Shown: piece after piece, positions 1-12,088 of the stretch
Layout of the letters: each line of letters starts with the position of its first letter
How positions within the stretch are numbered: position 1 is the stretch's first letter
Origin: Dicyema japonicum
Lineage: Eukaryota > Animalia > Dicyemida
NCBI GenBank assembly: GCA_011109175.1
Contig: RDEW01000006.1
Location: 252,920-316,919 of the forward strand
Length of the DNA stretch: 64,000 bases
Direction: 5' to 3'
Notes under the pieces: model-generated
Databases searched by the model: none
The model's input: the letters and a program-made list of their open reading frames with translations, nothing else
Told to the model about the DNA's origin: nothing
Program-made: the position numbers and the translations under genes

Positions 1-224
1 TCTTCATTAATAATACAATCATTTAATTTACTACCCACTGAATTTGTTGAAATAGTCGGGTAATATTAAATTAATGTTCGTGCATTATGTACTGATGACA
101 AGCGTATGAAGTTATATTTAGCATATAAACCTGATGGGGAATATATTTATATAGACAAATCTGGTAAGATGTAGTTGTTTCACATTAGGAATATATCCAT
201 GAACAATCTGACTAATAAACCTTT

Positions 225-620
225 CCGTCTCAAATGAATATGCGGTATCCCACGGTGCAAACATACGTAATCAATTGCCGAATAAGCCATCAGGTCCAGT
301 GACAATCTTCAGAAATTTGAATTTCATAGATTGAAGACTCTGCCAACCAGATCCTCACGTGCTGACGCTGTTTGACGGGAAAAAGATTTTCCTATATTTC
401 ATCCCAGTTGGGATTTCATGTGAATATAATAACCAGGCTTGCATTTCCATATTCTCTAAAATCATTAAATTTGTTTGAAGTATTCCTCAGATACATAATC
501 GTGGCACAGTTCAATGATATAGGGTGGACTTCCAAAAAATGTCGAAGGTAAAAGAACTCTTGTCCCTATGTTGTTCAAAATTTCTTCGTCATTGAGTGCA
601 TCACATAGAACTAATATTGT
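225..620 (-). mobile_element. Helitron Rep (HUH endonuclease) remnant, degenerate
   Basis: Minus-strand translation gives GTRVLLPSTFFGSPPY, REYGNASLVIIFT*NPNWDEI, REDLVGRVF, GLFG and RGIPHIHL. These match the Helitron Rep motifs LPSxFxGSPRY, FITFTCNPxWxEI, RVF and the HUH motif RGLPHxH. Stops and frameshifts present. Confidence 0.8.
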
Positions 621-974
621 TAATCAAATTGTACCATTGTAAGTAGTCGACCTAGAGACTGCTGATTGGTCCTAATACAATTAAGTCAGGTGGTCTCGAC
701 TTTAGTAGGTGGAATGGAGGAATTTCAAAGCAGTCATTCAAAAACATTTTCTCATTTAATCAGGAAATGCATATGCCAATTAGTTATGAGAAGCCGGTAA
801 ATTATTGATAAAAAACTGGTAGTCATCCTCAAAATATATAATTATGTTCAATTGTTTCAAGGGAAGGTTTAGAATATGAGAAGATTATTGATGTGCACAT
901 ATTGAGAGATTATTGAATAATTAGGAGCAGAAATAATTTAAGTTAGGAAATTTGAAAAGAAGTTGGTCCATTTT

Positions 975-1045
975 TTAAATATTCAAAAAATTCTTCCTGG
1001 AACGAGGATTATAACCGATGGACGGCTGGCATATCAGTCAAAAAA
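975..1045 (+). mobile_element. Possible Merlin/ISXO2-like transposase remnant
   Basis: QKILPGTRIITDGRLAYQ resembles the IxPGTxIxTDxWxAY motif; only one motif is visible. Confidence 0.3.
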
Positions 1046-1122
1046 ATATAGGTCAGTCAAATACAACATTATCAAATTGGTAAATAAGTGTCGAAAAATC
1101 AAATAGTGGAGAATAATCAATA

Positions 1123-1400
1123 TTTATGGGTCACCAAAATATATATCATAGACATTTTGATAACAACCTTCAACACTATTTGACGAACCAATAATATATA
1201 ATAATTAATAAAATATATTACAATACAACAGAAAAATACGATAAAACAGAAATAGTACAATAAAACAGGAAAAAATGATATGACCACAACAACGTGTCAA
1301 GTCACGCAAAATAATGTATTATTGTATCTAAGGTTTGCCATATTGTAAAACAATTTTTAAAACTAATTAAATAAATAAATTAATAAAACTATCTATAATT
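1123..1400. repeat. Dispersed AT-rich repeat, second copy at ~35615-35975
   Basis: Shared blocks such as agacattttga(t/c)aacaaccttcaacactatttga and gccatattgtaaaacaatttttaaaa occur in the same order at both loci. Confidence 0.65.
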
Positions 1401-1439
1401 GAACCCTCCTTACAAAGAAGATATTTAAAACGATCATCT

Positions 1440-1800
1440 CCCAGAACTTGATATTTGGTTTGCGAAGTCCTAAATAAAAGACGAGCAAGGGTACTCTGCA
1501 ACAACGTCAAATCAAGATCTCGTTACCTTCCAAATGGAGTCTCTCAAGGCTCTTCATTATAACTCAACTCTTCAGTTTTTACAAAAATGACACAACAAAC
1601 CTGTTATGAGAATTGTCTATCCTCTTCTGCGCAGACGACATTATTCTTGCCTCCATGGAAAAAAACCTTCAATCGGTGAATCAGTCCTCCATTAAATGCT
1701 TGACAAGCTGGATTTGGCTTTCGAAACGGGGGCTCGACACATCAGCAACAAAGTCCTTTGTCACACTATTTACCACGTACAACGACATATCTGTGTAGAA
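1440..1800 (+). mobile_element. Non-LTR retrotransposon RT fragment (jockey/I-like)
   Basis: RYLPNGVSQGSS and LFCADDIILAS correspond to the GVPQGS and YADD RT motifs. Confidence 0.6.
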
Positions 1801-2995
1801 CCAAAAAACAACACCACAAGTCAATAAAAATATATACCTATCACTTCTCATCTTTGTATTTTGTGTTGTTCCGTGTGATTTCTTATTCAGTTTTGATATC
1901 CTTTCAGTTACGTCCACTGATTGTCTTTAGAATTTATCAGATTATTTCTCGTTTGGATTAGATCTCACGTTTCAGGACTTTGATGACGACTTACCTGAAT
2001 GTATTTTTTGCATGCTCGGAGTGTAATCTCGTTGAAGTATTTGACAGCAGCGTCGATAGATCTGAAGTCCTCTATCCGGAACACCTAAGGGATAGTTCGA
2101 TAAAATTTGTGAAAGCGGGCAATTTTGCCTTTGAAAAGTTAACATTGGTTCTCAGATGATTTAAATTAATTAACTTTTTTGATATTAATAATAATTTCGA
2201 TATTTTCAAACGAGAGAATGAAATGAATGTCATTTAAACACACATTCCATTTCTCGACGATCCTTGGTAACGTGGAAATTCTCGATTTTATCGATTTTAA
2301 GAATGAGACAGTCTAAGACTCGTAAACATGAGTCTTCTCGATGACATGAGTGCCATGAATCTGCTATAAAGACTCGTATTTTCTTATCTTAATTTATTTG
2401 AATCCTCGTGTGACCTATTCTGCTTTCGGGGCGTAATTTGATAACTTCGAATGAGTGTCTGTGATCGCCTCGTCCAGAATTGTCTTTTAGAGAAAGGAAA
2501 GATCATGATCGGGGTGCTTTTCATATGTACGGTCAAGGCTCACAGATTCCACAACTGACATGAATCCAGTGTCTCAAGAGAACGTTTCGTCATTTTGTTA
2601 ATGGCACCATACCTCGGGAACCGAACAATGGTGTGTCGACAATAGAGGAGGTGAAACACTTTGTGGTAAACAACAGGTCTACACAAACTGGGATAAAGCT
2701 ATCATAGATCAATTCAGAGATGGAGGGAAAGACCGATTCTAGGAGCATCCTAATTAAAAGGTATCCGACTGACGAGAGTGAGAATACATTTAGCCAGACA
2801 CCCCTGTAGGGGGAAGTCCAATGGTGTGAGTTGTTTGTTTCCAAAAGTTCAGATTGAGTGTACTTGTAATTTATGATGGCCTAGTTCTTCAATTTTGGTA
2901 GATCTGAAGAGGTTTCCTGATGAGCCACCGACCAACTCATCAACCCTGCAGCACTTGACCAAAAATATTTAGCGGTGACATAGACCTTCTTCATT

Positions 2996-3480
2996 ATGGA
3001 TTACTTTTTAGAAATTAGACTATCAATTACTATATTTAACTCGAAGGGTTCCTTCATTGATTATATCAAGAATAAGAAGAAAAAAGCTACGGCGATGTTG
3101 AAATCGCTTCTACGTTTTCAATTGAGTCCAAAAACTTTTCTTTATGTGTATACAGTTTGTATAGAACCATTCTTGATTTATGGCTTCCAAGGATGGTTTG
3201 AAAGTGATGAGAGAAGTACTCTTGTAGAGCTTCTCGATAAATCGAGGAGATATGCTATTAAACTGGCATTTGGACTCTGCCTAGTGATGAGAGACGTGCA
3301 AGATCCATTGAGGAAATATTGCACCACTTAAAAAATAATTCTTGTTGCATGCAAGGGGTCAATAATTCAAAGAGGAGACATATGGTGTCTCGTCAACCAA
3401 GACAAACTCGACCCCATCAACCAGGACAAACTCGTTCGCTCTTCTCTTTTTAATTAGTTTATAATTAGAAACGTGTTTGT
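2996..3480 (+). mobile_element. Non-LTR retrotransposon RT thumb/C-terminal fragment
   Basis: FNSKGSFIDYI..KKA..LKSL..LSPKTFLYVYTVCIEPFLIYG...W matches the post-YADD thumb pattern of AP-endonuclease LINEs. Confidence 0.6.
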
Positions 3481-3498
3481 TATGTTAATAAAATTATC

Positions 3499-3680
3499 TA
3501 TGTCGCGAGCGCTGAGAGTGATGACAGGTGACAGGTGTCAACATGATGTAGCGAAATCAAGCTATCATGTTTATTGAAAATTAATCAATACTTAAGTTTC
3601 GGAATAAGTTGTGCATTTTTATATAAAATCATTAATTTTACTAATAGAGATTAATCTTAAAAATAATTATTATGTGTAGT
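3499..3680 (+). repeat. ~190-bp repeat, inverted second copy at 40405-40607
   Basis: tatgtcgcgagcgctga..gtgatgacag..gctatcatgtttat..caatacttaagtttcggaata..ttactaatagagattaatctta is shared by both loci. Confidence 0.75.
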
Positions 3681-3698
3681 ATTTAATTTCCCTTAAAC

Positions 3699-5457
3699 AT
3701 GGAACGTGCTTTTGATTCGTTGGCGCTAAAACTCTCTCGAGTTGGCAAAAATGTTGAAAGGAAAAAAGGAGAAGGGTCACTTGCGTTACCTGATGATATG
3801 AATGTAATTCTTGCCATATCCGAGAGCGTTGTGGCAGCTGACCCAAAAGAATGGGCGAGGCAGTTAGTCCTGCAGGTACGTAGCAGGCTATTTCGAATGC
3901 CCTGGAATGGTTGGCCATACTTAGCGGAGCTCTGCAGTGGCAGATTCAGTACTGCTATATCTGTGAGTGAACTCAAGAAAATGGCTGTAGTCAAAGAGGG
4001 TACTGGTCTAAAGGGGCAGGGATCAGGTGACCACAACTGTCAAAGAGAGCACCAGAGCTGTGATACGTTGCTGCTCAAGCATGTTTATGAGGTCTTTGCG
4101 CGGAATCTCGCTGCAGAGGCAGATGTCCCACTTGAGGACCGTAGATTTACCCGCAAGATCCCTCATTGAAAGGTTAACAGAGTAGTGTTAACCTGTATCA
4201 ATAAGACTGTGGCTTATGCGGTGGAGGCTAAGCCAGAAGGATCACTGGGTGACATCTCCCTAGTGCTGTATGCAGCACAGATCACCTATGAGGAATTGAA
4301 GGATATGCCCAGACCACCCAGTAAATGGAGGTAGCAGATATGTGCCAAGAGTTACTGAAACACCAAAGTCCCTTATAATGGCTGAGACAAAGTGACAAAT
4401 TACTTAAGGTATCCGTAAAAGAGCAGCGTTATTGTGTAAGACGTCTCTAAATGCAAGGAATTTGTTCCTAGCATTAAATGAGTATGCTGCCTCGCTGCTA
4501 AACTACTACATAGGTGTTGTGGAGTTTGAGACCAAAGAGTATGATGAGATGGATGTTATGATCCGTGGAGTACTCAGAGAGAACCATGTCCATGTGCTGG
4601 CAGCCAATAAGGAGAGACTATATTTACCCCGTGATAAATTCGGCCGTGGAATGTGTGGAGTTGTCCAACTATGTGAGCACATCTCATGCGAATGCACGAC
4701 ACCCTGATAGCTGGGTCAAGTGTGTCTGCTAGGAAGCACGCCATAATAACGACCGAGAAAACACGGGCAACCCACCGAGGCACCATCAGACCTTTTTTGT
4801 CTGCTAAGTATGGTATTCGCCACACCAGAAAGTTGCGGACTCATAAGGTGCAATCTGTAGTAGAGAACACGAAAGTCCAAATTAAGGTAGACAGTGTTAT
4901 TCGTACTTCGGTGCTAGTCAAACACAATATACCGGACATTGTGGTACTCGATAAGGAGTCTAGCCAAGTCCTTATCATAGAGGTTGGCATCACGTCTCAA
5001 GACCGTTTTCAGACTGTGGAAGTGGAGAAAAAAAGGAAGTATGACTTGCTTGCAAACGAGATGGGGCAGATGCTTGGGTGCAAGGTCCTCGTTATTCCTA
5101 TAGTAATGACGTGGAAGGAATTGCAACAAAGTACCACAAAGGTTATCTGAAGCAGTTGGGGGTAGATAAGAAGCTCCAGGCCTATCTACAGACCACTGTA
5201 TGAAAGCGGACCCTAGATAGCCTGACACTGGAGTATTGGAGGCAGAGCCCGGAGATGCCATATGGGCAGAGGGTTCAATTTGACAATGCGCTCTCGGAGT
5301 TGTTTCAGCAACCAGAATCGAACCTGCCTGAGGAGGCTGGCGAACAGGCAGGCGAGGAAGGTTGTTGATTATTAAATATTAACTTTTTTTATTGTTGGTT
5401 AAATAATATGTAAAAGTATTTTATTAAAGATTTACACCAATTTTTGTTGGCATACCA
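3699..5457 (+). mobile_element. R4/Dong-like RLE non-LTR retrotransposon, internally deleted (no RT core, no CCHC)
   Basis: N-terminal LYAAQITY..W motif, then CKTSLNARNLFLALNEYA..YYIG, KERLYLPRDKFGRG and PDIVVLDK..IIEVGITSQD..EVEKKRKYDLLANE (PD-(D/E)xK nuclease). The 3' UTR is shared with the copy at 24218-25711. Confidence 0.85.
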
Positions 5458-5499
5458 TAATTTTTGACTGCAAAGCTAGCTGCAACCTTGTCAAATCAA

Positions 5500-6020
5500 T
5501 TACAAAACTGGTTATGCGTATTTTGAACAGAGATCTTTCTCCTCACGCAAGAGAGCTTCTTTTCAGTGCACATCTACTGGCCTTCAAAAAACCCGAAGGT
5601 GGGGTGCGCCCCATCGCGGCCGGCAACTATTTCAGAAGACTGACAGCGAAAATCGCATGCAGTATTGTCCGAGAATATCTGAAGAATTATCCCCCCTCCA
5701 ACTGGGGGTTGGTGTAAGGAACGGATGCGAGGCGGCAGTGCATGCTGCGAGGTGTTTTTGGACAGAAAGACGAACAAAACCCACACATTACGGTAAAGAT
5801 GGACATCTGCAATGCCTTGACCGCGAGGATGGGAAAAGACCGGATGGGCTAACTATCCTTTCACTGAGGGAAAATCGCTCGTATGGGACTGAACTGTTGT
5901 GGATTCTTTCTCCACTGTAAAAACGACGTGCGGGAAGCGGTCTGGCTGAGGCAACGAATTTGGATTGCAGTTGTCCGCGGAAACGTTTACTGCGTAATGT
6001 CAGCAGCCGCTCTTCCCCAT
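5500..6020 (+). mobile_element. CRE-like non-LTR retrotransposon, heavily internally deleted
   Basis: AHLLAFKKPEGGVRPIAAGNYFRRL..K and QLGVGVRNGCEAAVHA are joined near 5815 directly to LDREDGKRPDG and a terminal IAVVRGN motif. Confidence 0.8.
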
Positions 6021-6161
6021 AGTTAATAAATAATAATTTATTGTTAAATAAAACTGTAAGACGTTAATGTTCTCCGTACATGTCTAAGGTTTGCAAATAT
6101 AAACAATGGGAAGGTTGGATTGTAACTCTGATTGTCGGAGAATGCAAGTTCTTAAATTCAA

Positions 6162-6373
6162 GGTGGTAACCCAGAGGCAGGATGCAAGTGTAAGCGCCCG
6201 ACGGGAAATGATTTTAAACACCCAATGTTGTAGCGCTCAATTCTGATTTTTGGACCTGGAGCAACTTGGTGGTAACCCAGAGGCAGGATGCAAGTGTAAG
6301 CGCCCGACGGGAAATGATTTTAAACACCCAATGTTGTAGCGCTCAATTCTGATTTTTGGACCTGGAGCAACTT
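6162..6373. repeat. Exact 106-bp tandem duplication (2 copies)
   Basis: 6162-6267 and 6268-6373 read identically (ggtggtaacccagagg...ctggagcaactt). Confidence 0.95.
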
Positions 6374-6459
6374 TTATAGTGCGAGCTAGGGAGTGTCATA
6401 CTTTTTAAATTAATTCTAAAAACCTTGGAATAAAAGTAACCAAATAACCATTTTAATAA

Positions 6460-6735
6460 TTCGTCGTTATGTTATATGTTATGTTGTCCAATTTAGTCGT
6501 GTCCGACCCTTGGAGATCTCATGAACGAGTTTCCTCCACTCTCCCCGATCCGTTGCAATTTGGAGTAGCCTTGATATAGGCATTCCCGTGACGTCTTCCA
6601 CAGTGGATAGCCACCGAGTCCTTGGTCAGCCAGGTCTTCTCTTCCCAGTAATATTGCTCCGCATAATGGTTCTTTCCAGTGAATCAGAGCGGACAACATG
6701 CCAAAAGAACGCCAATCTGTGTTTTCGTCGTTATG
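6460..6735 (-). mobile_element. RTE (BovB-like) 3' end fragment
   Basis: ATDRGEWRKLVHEISKGRTRL* resembles the RTE/BovB C-terminus (AxDRxxWRxxVxxVxKxRxRL) and is followed by a (CATAA)-like microsatellite tail. Confidence 0.65.
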
Positions 6736-7439
6736 TCAATAAATGAAATTAATATTTAAATTATTTAATTAAATTTTATTAAATATAAAATCAAAATAAC
6801 TCAAATAAGTTTTTTTGTTATTGTTCAGAAATCTAGCGGTTATAGAAATAATTTGATATACTTCACCATTTTAACAGTATTATTGGTGATGGTATGTTTC
6901 CACTACTAACTATAATTCCATCGGAGTCAATTTTTTAACAATTGTTCAAATATATTGCATTAAAATTTGCTTCAAACAGGTGAATAACGACATATTTAAA
7001 CATTAACGACATATTCGGTTTTTAATGTTAACAGCTTTAATGCATACTTTTTCCTGATATGCACATTTTATACGTATAATCATATTTTGCAATAAAGTAC
7101 TATTTCACGTAGATTATTGTACATATTAGTGTTTTACATGAAATCATGTAAGTCATCATAAATTGGTACACATAAATTGTTATGATTTGAATTTTCTCAG
7201 TGCGTCGTCTATCACAAATTATAGCAGCAAAAACGTGAAATTCTAATAACTTACATTTCATCAGATAGATTTTTTGGAAAACGAATGCTTTAAGTAGATC
7301 CGACATTGTATTCGAATATCGTTATGAAAATAATATCTTTCCTCAGATTTCAATAATTTATCTTTAAATGCAGAGAATACTTTTTTTAATTATAAACTCT
7401 TCAGTTTTGCCATAACAAGAGAGAATTTCAATTATTATT

Positions 7440-9750
7440 ATTTATTGTCGTNATAAAGTAGAATTTGTTCGATAAAGGAGTTGTACAACCGAATTCGAAG
7501 GCGAGTGCCTATAAACTTTCGTCCCATCCAGATTTTTTAAAAGAAACAAACGCCAGAACTTTCCTGTGAATAGCGTCCTCCGAGGAGAGATCCAACTTTC
7601 TCGCATGTTCTCCACTTTTCCTCGTTTCTCGTCGTGCAACGGGATATGCTAGTTCATTTCATTTTGTCTGGGTTTACTAACAGGGACCAGTCCTCCAACC
7701 CTTGAGAAATCACTTTTAGTATAGTTTCCAGCGTATCCTGATCCCGGCAGACAAAATCAATATCATCGGCGTAGATATCTTTCATCACGTTAGATAGACA
7801 ATTCTTTTTTTGGAGAAGTCTTAGAGCTGCCTCCATGTATATTATGAATAGGTCCTGGGATAACGGTGACCGGTGTCGGTTATAAATCTTGTTGAGTTGT
7901 AATTTCCCACGCGCACTGATAGCGATAAGTTGGAGAGTAAAAATCTGATGATACGTGATGCATCCTCGTCCAGAATACACTCCATTACGTGCATTAGCTT
8001 TTTGCGGTTGACAATGTCAAAAGCACGAGATAAGTCAATTTTATAGATTGAGATTTCTTTGTGTTTCTGGCACATTGCACACATCCACCTGTGGCTCCAT
8101 ACAACGTCTGCGGTCGACCATCCAGGTCTGAATCCAATTTGACTTGGGTTCAGGAACTCATTTACAGGGCCTGAAATATGATCCAGCACAACAAGGGAGA
8201 GTATTTTCCTTATTGTATTCACTAGTGTAATCGGGAGTAGACTGTTTAGATTGCCTTTTTCCTTTCCAGGTTTTTGAGTTGGGATCAAAGTTCCATTCCC
8301 CGCATCAAATGGACTATGACATTTGAATATTTTATTCAGGACTGTGCAGATTAACTCATCTACCCTGTCTGGCGCGTATTTCAATAATTCTGCATTCACG
8401 TTGTCTAGGCCAGGAGCTCTGCCATTCTTGAGCTTACTTAAGGCTGAAGGGACTACGTAATGCGTGATGCTTGATTCAAGTCTATGGGAATTCCCTCGAT
8501 CGATTCCTAGTGCTCATTGAGATTTAGTTGTTTTTTGTAGAAAGCGACAATTTTATTCATTGATTCCTGGCCGTTTATTATTACTTTTTCTGTATCATCA
8601 AAAATTGTGATTCTTTCCGGTCTAGTATTGCGGGATAATTGTTCAACAGCAGCAAACATTCTTGCTCCATGTTTGTACCATTCGGAGTCTTTTGTCACGT
8701 TATCCAGTGTATGGCAGGCTAGTTCCTTCACTCTTCTCTTTATTTTGTATTTGATTATGTTGCATTCTCTTTTAAGAGAGTCAGTTTGCTTGTCAAGTCT
8801 GCCGACTTTATTAAGAGTCTGAGTTTCCTTTGGTTTTTTGACAGTTCTTCAATTTCTTTGTCAAAAGTTCCCTTGAACTTCCTTGAGCGATTTCCCAGTA
8901 CCATCCCAGCAGCCTGGCTGACTCTGATAGAAATATTCTTCCATAGCAGTTTGGGTGACAAATTTTTGTCGACATTTTACAACAATTTTGATATTTTCTC
9001 TCAGTACTTTATACGAGTGTTGTCGGAAGCACATAGAGCCTCCACGGCCAAGGTCCTGCTCCGCGTACATGATGTCAGTGCTCCAGAGATTCAGAAGCGT
9101 CGCTTTAGAATGAGACGTGTCACTAGTAGTCTGTGATAACTGGAAGTCATTATGCCACTGTACGTACAGGAATCCGTGAGTAACCCCCTCTGTGTTTACC
9201 GGAATAGTATGTAGTCGAATTGGTTAAATATATGGACTCGATTTCCACAGGAGTCTCTCCTCTGCCCTCTCCACGTCGTATTATGTTGTGCTGCATGTAG
9301 CGTCGCCGTGTTACAAAAGAGTTGTCCAACTGACTCGCAAAAATGTATAAGGGCTTCCCCGGACAGATTTCTGATTCCTCGAGCGTGGCTGCCCAGGAAA
9401 TTTGATTCGTCCCGCTTTCTCCCCCACTTTTGAGATCCAGTTTCCCGCTATAAAGAGCATGGAGGAGTAACGTAGGAGGTAATAAAGGAGGAGTAAGTCG
9501 ATGATAAGGACAAGCAGAAATTGTCAGCCATAGAGTCTGCTGGATACTTCTCCATACTTGAACATGTTGGCCTGGACATGGGAGTTGGAAAACGATCAAA
9601 GAATTCACAATTTTCTATTCGAGGAGGGGAAATATCTGGTATGGGATGCTACGTGCGTGGACCCCCTTTCCAGTCCAACATTTGCGCGAGCGCGTTAGAC
9701 ACACTGTATGACGACAAAAAATCAATTATCCAAAAAAGAAAATTATGAAG
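7440..9750 (-). mobile_element. RTE-like non-LTR retrotransposon (APE + RT), degenerate
   Basis: APE motifs NQFDYIL and SYHRLLV; RT motifs NAELLKY, PITLVNTIRK, QIGFRPGWST, IDLSRAFD and IYADDIDF. Several frameshifts. Confidence 0.85.
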
Positions 9751-10199
9751 CATTGCGGTTCAGTCAGTTTCAAATTAATTAAATTAATTAAAAAATATAT
9801 CTTTTTTAAGTATTATTGTAGGTGTTTCACTTTACTGTCATTTTCCCACCTAATTTTTTTCAGATAATCTTTTATGTTTATAATTCTCTCTAATGTAAAT
9901 TATCATTTCGATATTCTTTTTTAAGGAATACTTTGCACAAATTTTCGAAAATGAATTGAAAATTAGAAAATTAACTATTTATTTCAATTCATTTGACCTA
10001 GTCAGGTGGAGTTTGAATTCAAAGGCATTCATTTGTTTCTGACTTCGACTTCGGCTTCTTTTGCAACTTCTTCACAATTGAGATAATGTATGTTTTTTAA
10101 TATTTTAAAAAATACCGAAAACAGACGATAAAAGCGAATCTACTGCTTATGAAGCTCCTAAATTTACATTTGAAGTATATTACCATCGATTTAAGGTTT

Positions 10200-10480
10200 G
10201 CATTCATCATCCATAGGATTTGGTGAAATTTCAATAATTCAATCTCATTTGAGACCTTGTGGATTATCCACCATGTTACCGTCTAACGCTAGCGTGGTGC
10301 CATGTGACGATATGATTGAAGATGGTTGAAAACTTCCTTTTTTATGTCCCTGCTCTTGCTCTGTTCTTCTAGAATGGCTTCATGTGATCAACTTTTCTCG
10401 GATGCTCCCCAGAGCTATGGTGGCATGAAACTCTCTGATTGTTCGACTATGGGAGCTGGAACCATTATGGCAATTCATTG
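10200..10480 (-). mobile_element. Jockey/I-like LINE fragment
   Basis: Carries the cgtggtgccatgtg block (TWHHA coding motif of the pre-RT region) also seen at 14696, 45970 and 61026. Confidence 0.4.
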
Positions 10481-11363
10481 AGAATTCAATTAATTTCGGC
10501 CAAAAAACACAATCTCTATGGTTCTTTTAAATATTGATGAATTAAAGTGCTAACCCTATTTCACTAAAAAAACCTTCAAATTAGGGAGATCGATTTCAAT
10601 TATCTTACAACGAACAGACAAAAAAATAGTGAATCTCAGATCAAAATAGGTCAGGACCACAGTGTCGACATTTTTCCGAAGCTGACTCTAAAGAACACAT
10701 AACATAATACCTGCATTCAAACTATTCCACGAATGGCACATTATGCACAAGTCCTGTATATTTAGTTTTAGGTTTGATCATTTTACGATGTGTTAATGTC
10801 AATAAGTATTTTTTTGAAATCAGTGAATGATTTCAGATATTAATAATTGTTTTTTGATTCAAGCAGTGGAAAAGTCACATGTTTTGGATTTTGAAAATGT
10901 TAAAACACTATGTTTCGAATTTTATGTGATCTCCTACAATGATCTTCATCTCCTTGTCAAGTCGGTTAACCCGGTCAAATTTCATACAGCCTTTTTTGAG
11001 AGTTGCAATTTTTTAAAGGACTCTGTAAAGTGTCTGAAAAACAGCAAATTTTTACAAATACATCATCCACTTAAACAAATTTATTAAAAATTCCAATAAA
11101 TTGTACGAATTTGAAAAAGAATGTAATGAGCCGTTATAACATCAATAATTTATGCGAAAGACTAATTCATAATTATAAGGAATAAACACTCACTTAGTGA
11201 ATGGACACTAAAGAAATTGAAAAAAATATCATATTTTGAGGTGATTAACACGATTATTTTGTCATAGCTACATCACCGCATCCACATCTGACAAACTACA
11301 ACATCAAAAATGTTGAGCCTTAACATAAGATAATTGTCAAGTCATTATTATAATAGAATTTTA

Positions 11364-12088
11364 TTAATAATTAAATACGCCAATCTGTAATGGATAATAA
11401 CGTCTTCTTTTATATTTTATTATGTAAGCCACACCAAATATTACAACAATTCCACCAATTACACAAACAGCTATTATATATTGGTTTTCTAAATTTAACA
11501 CAATATTACTATTTCTATGATGGTTTATTGTGTTTATTATATAACTGCGAGTTGTAGTTGTCTTTAATTCCTTATTCAAATTTGTTGTTGTTGACTTAAA
11601 ATTAGCAAAATCACACCCGAGATCTAAAAATCGGTTTTTATAAATTACCGTTTCCAGTAAATATTATGCTATTATCTGTTTTTGATATTTGCATTTTCAT
11701 GTTTTTTATTTTTAAATTACCATATTGAGGAATAGTTTGAAATATTTCACTGCAGTTATAATAACCTTCAGTTGAAATTTTCGATTTTTCACTGAACCGA
11801 CGTTTATGAGAGTATGATAATCCCCAAAAAAAGCTGTATACATTTTTTGATACACGTTCAATTAATATAGTAAAATATATTTCATTTTTCTTCCACACAA
11901 GCTCAAAATCACTACTCCATTTTACAACAAAAAAAATTGACTCATTTAAATTCACACATTTCATCTTTTATTAAATATAATGTGATTACAGTATTATTGA
12001 TTTTATATGTAACTTCTATTATTCCACTAAATAGCATTACAACTCGGTCGTTTTCTATTGCACCCCACATTGGGACATTAGTATACCA
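11364..12088 (-). CDS. Type I membrane protein with LAMP-like luminal domain, Thr-rich stalk, TM helix and YxxL tail (5' end unresolved at an N base)
   Basis: Removing GT-AG introns 11965-11989 (25 nt) and 11624-11648 (25 nt) joins 12088-11990, 11964-11649 and 11623-11364 into one open frame of 224 aa. Motifs: EGYYNC...LKIKNMKMQ...FTGNDLGCD, STTT/TTTT stalk, TM IIAVCVIGGIVVIFGVAYII, tail KYKRRRYYPL. The LAMP assignment is by motif resemblance only. Confidence 0.7.
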
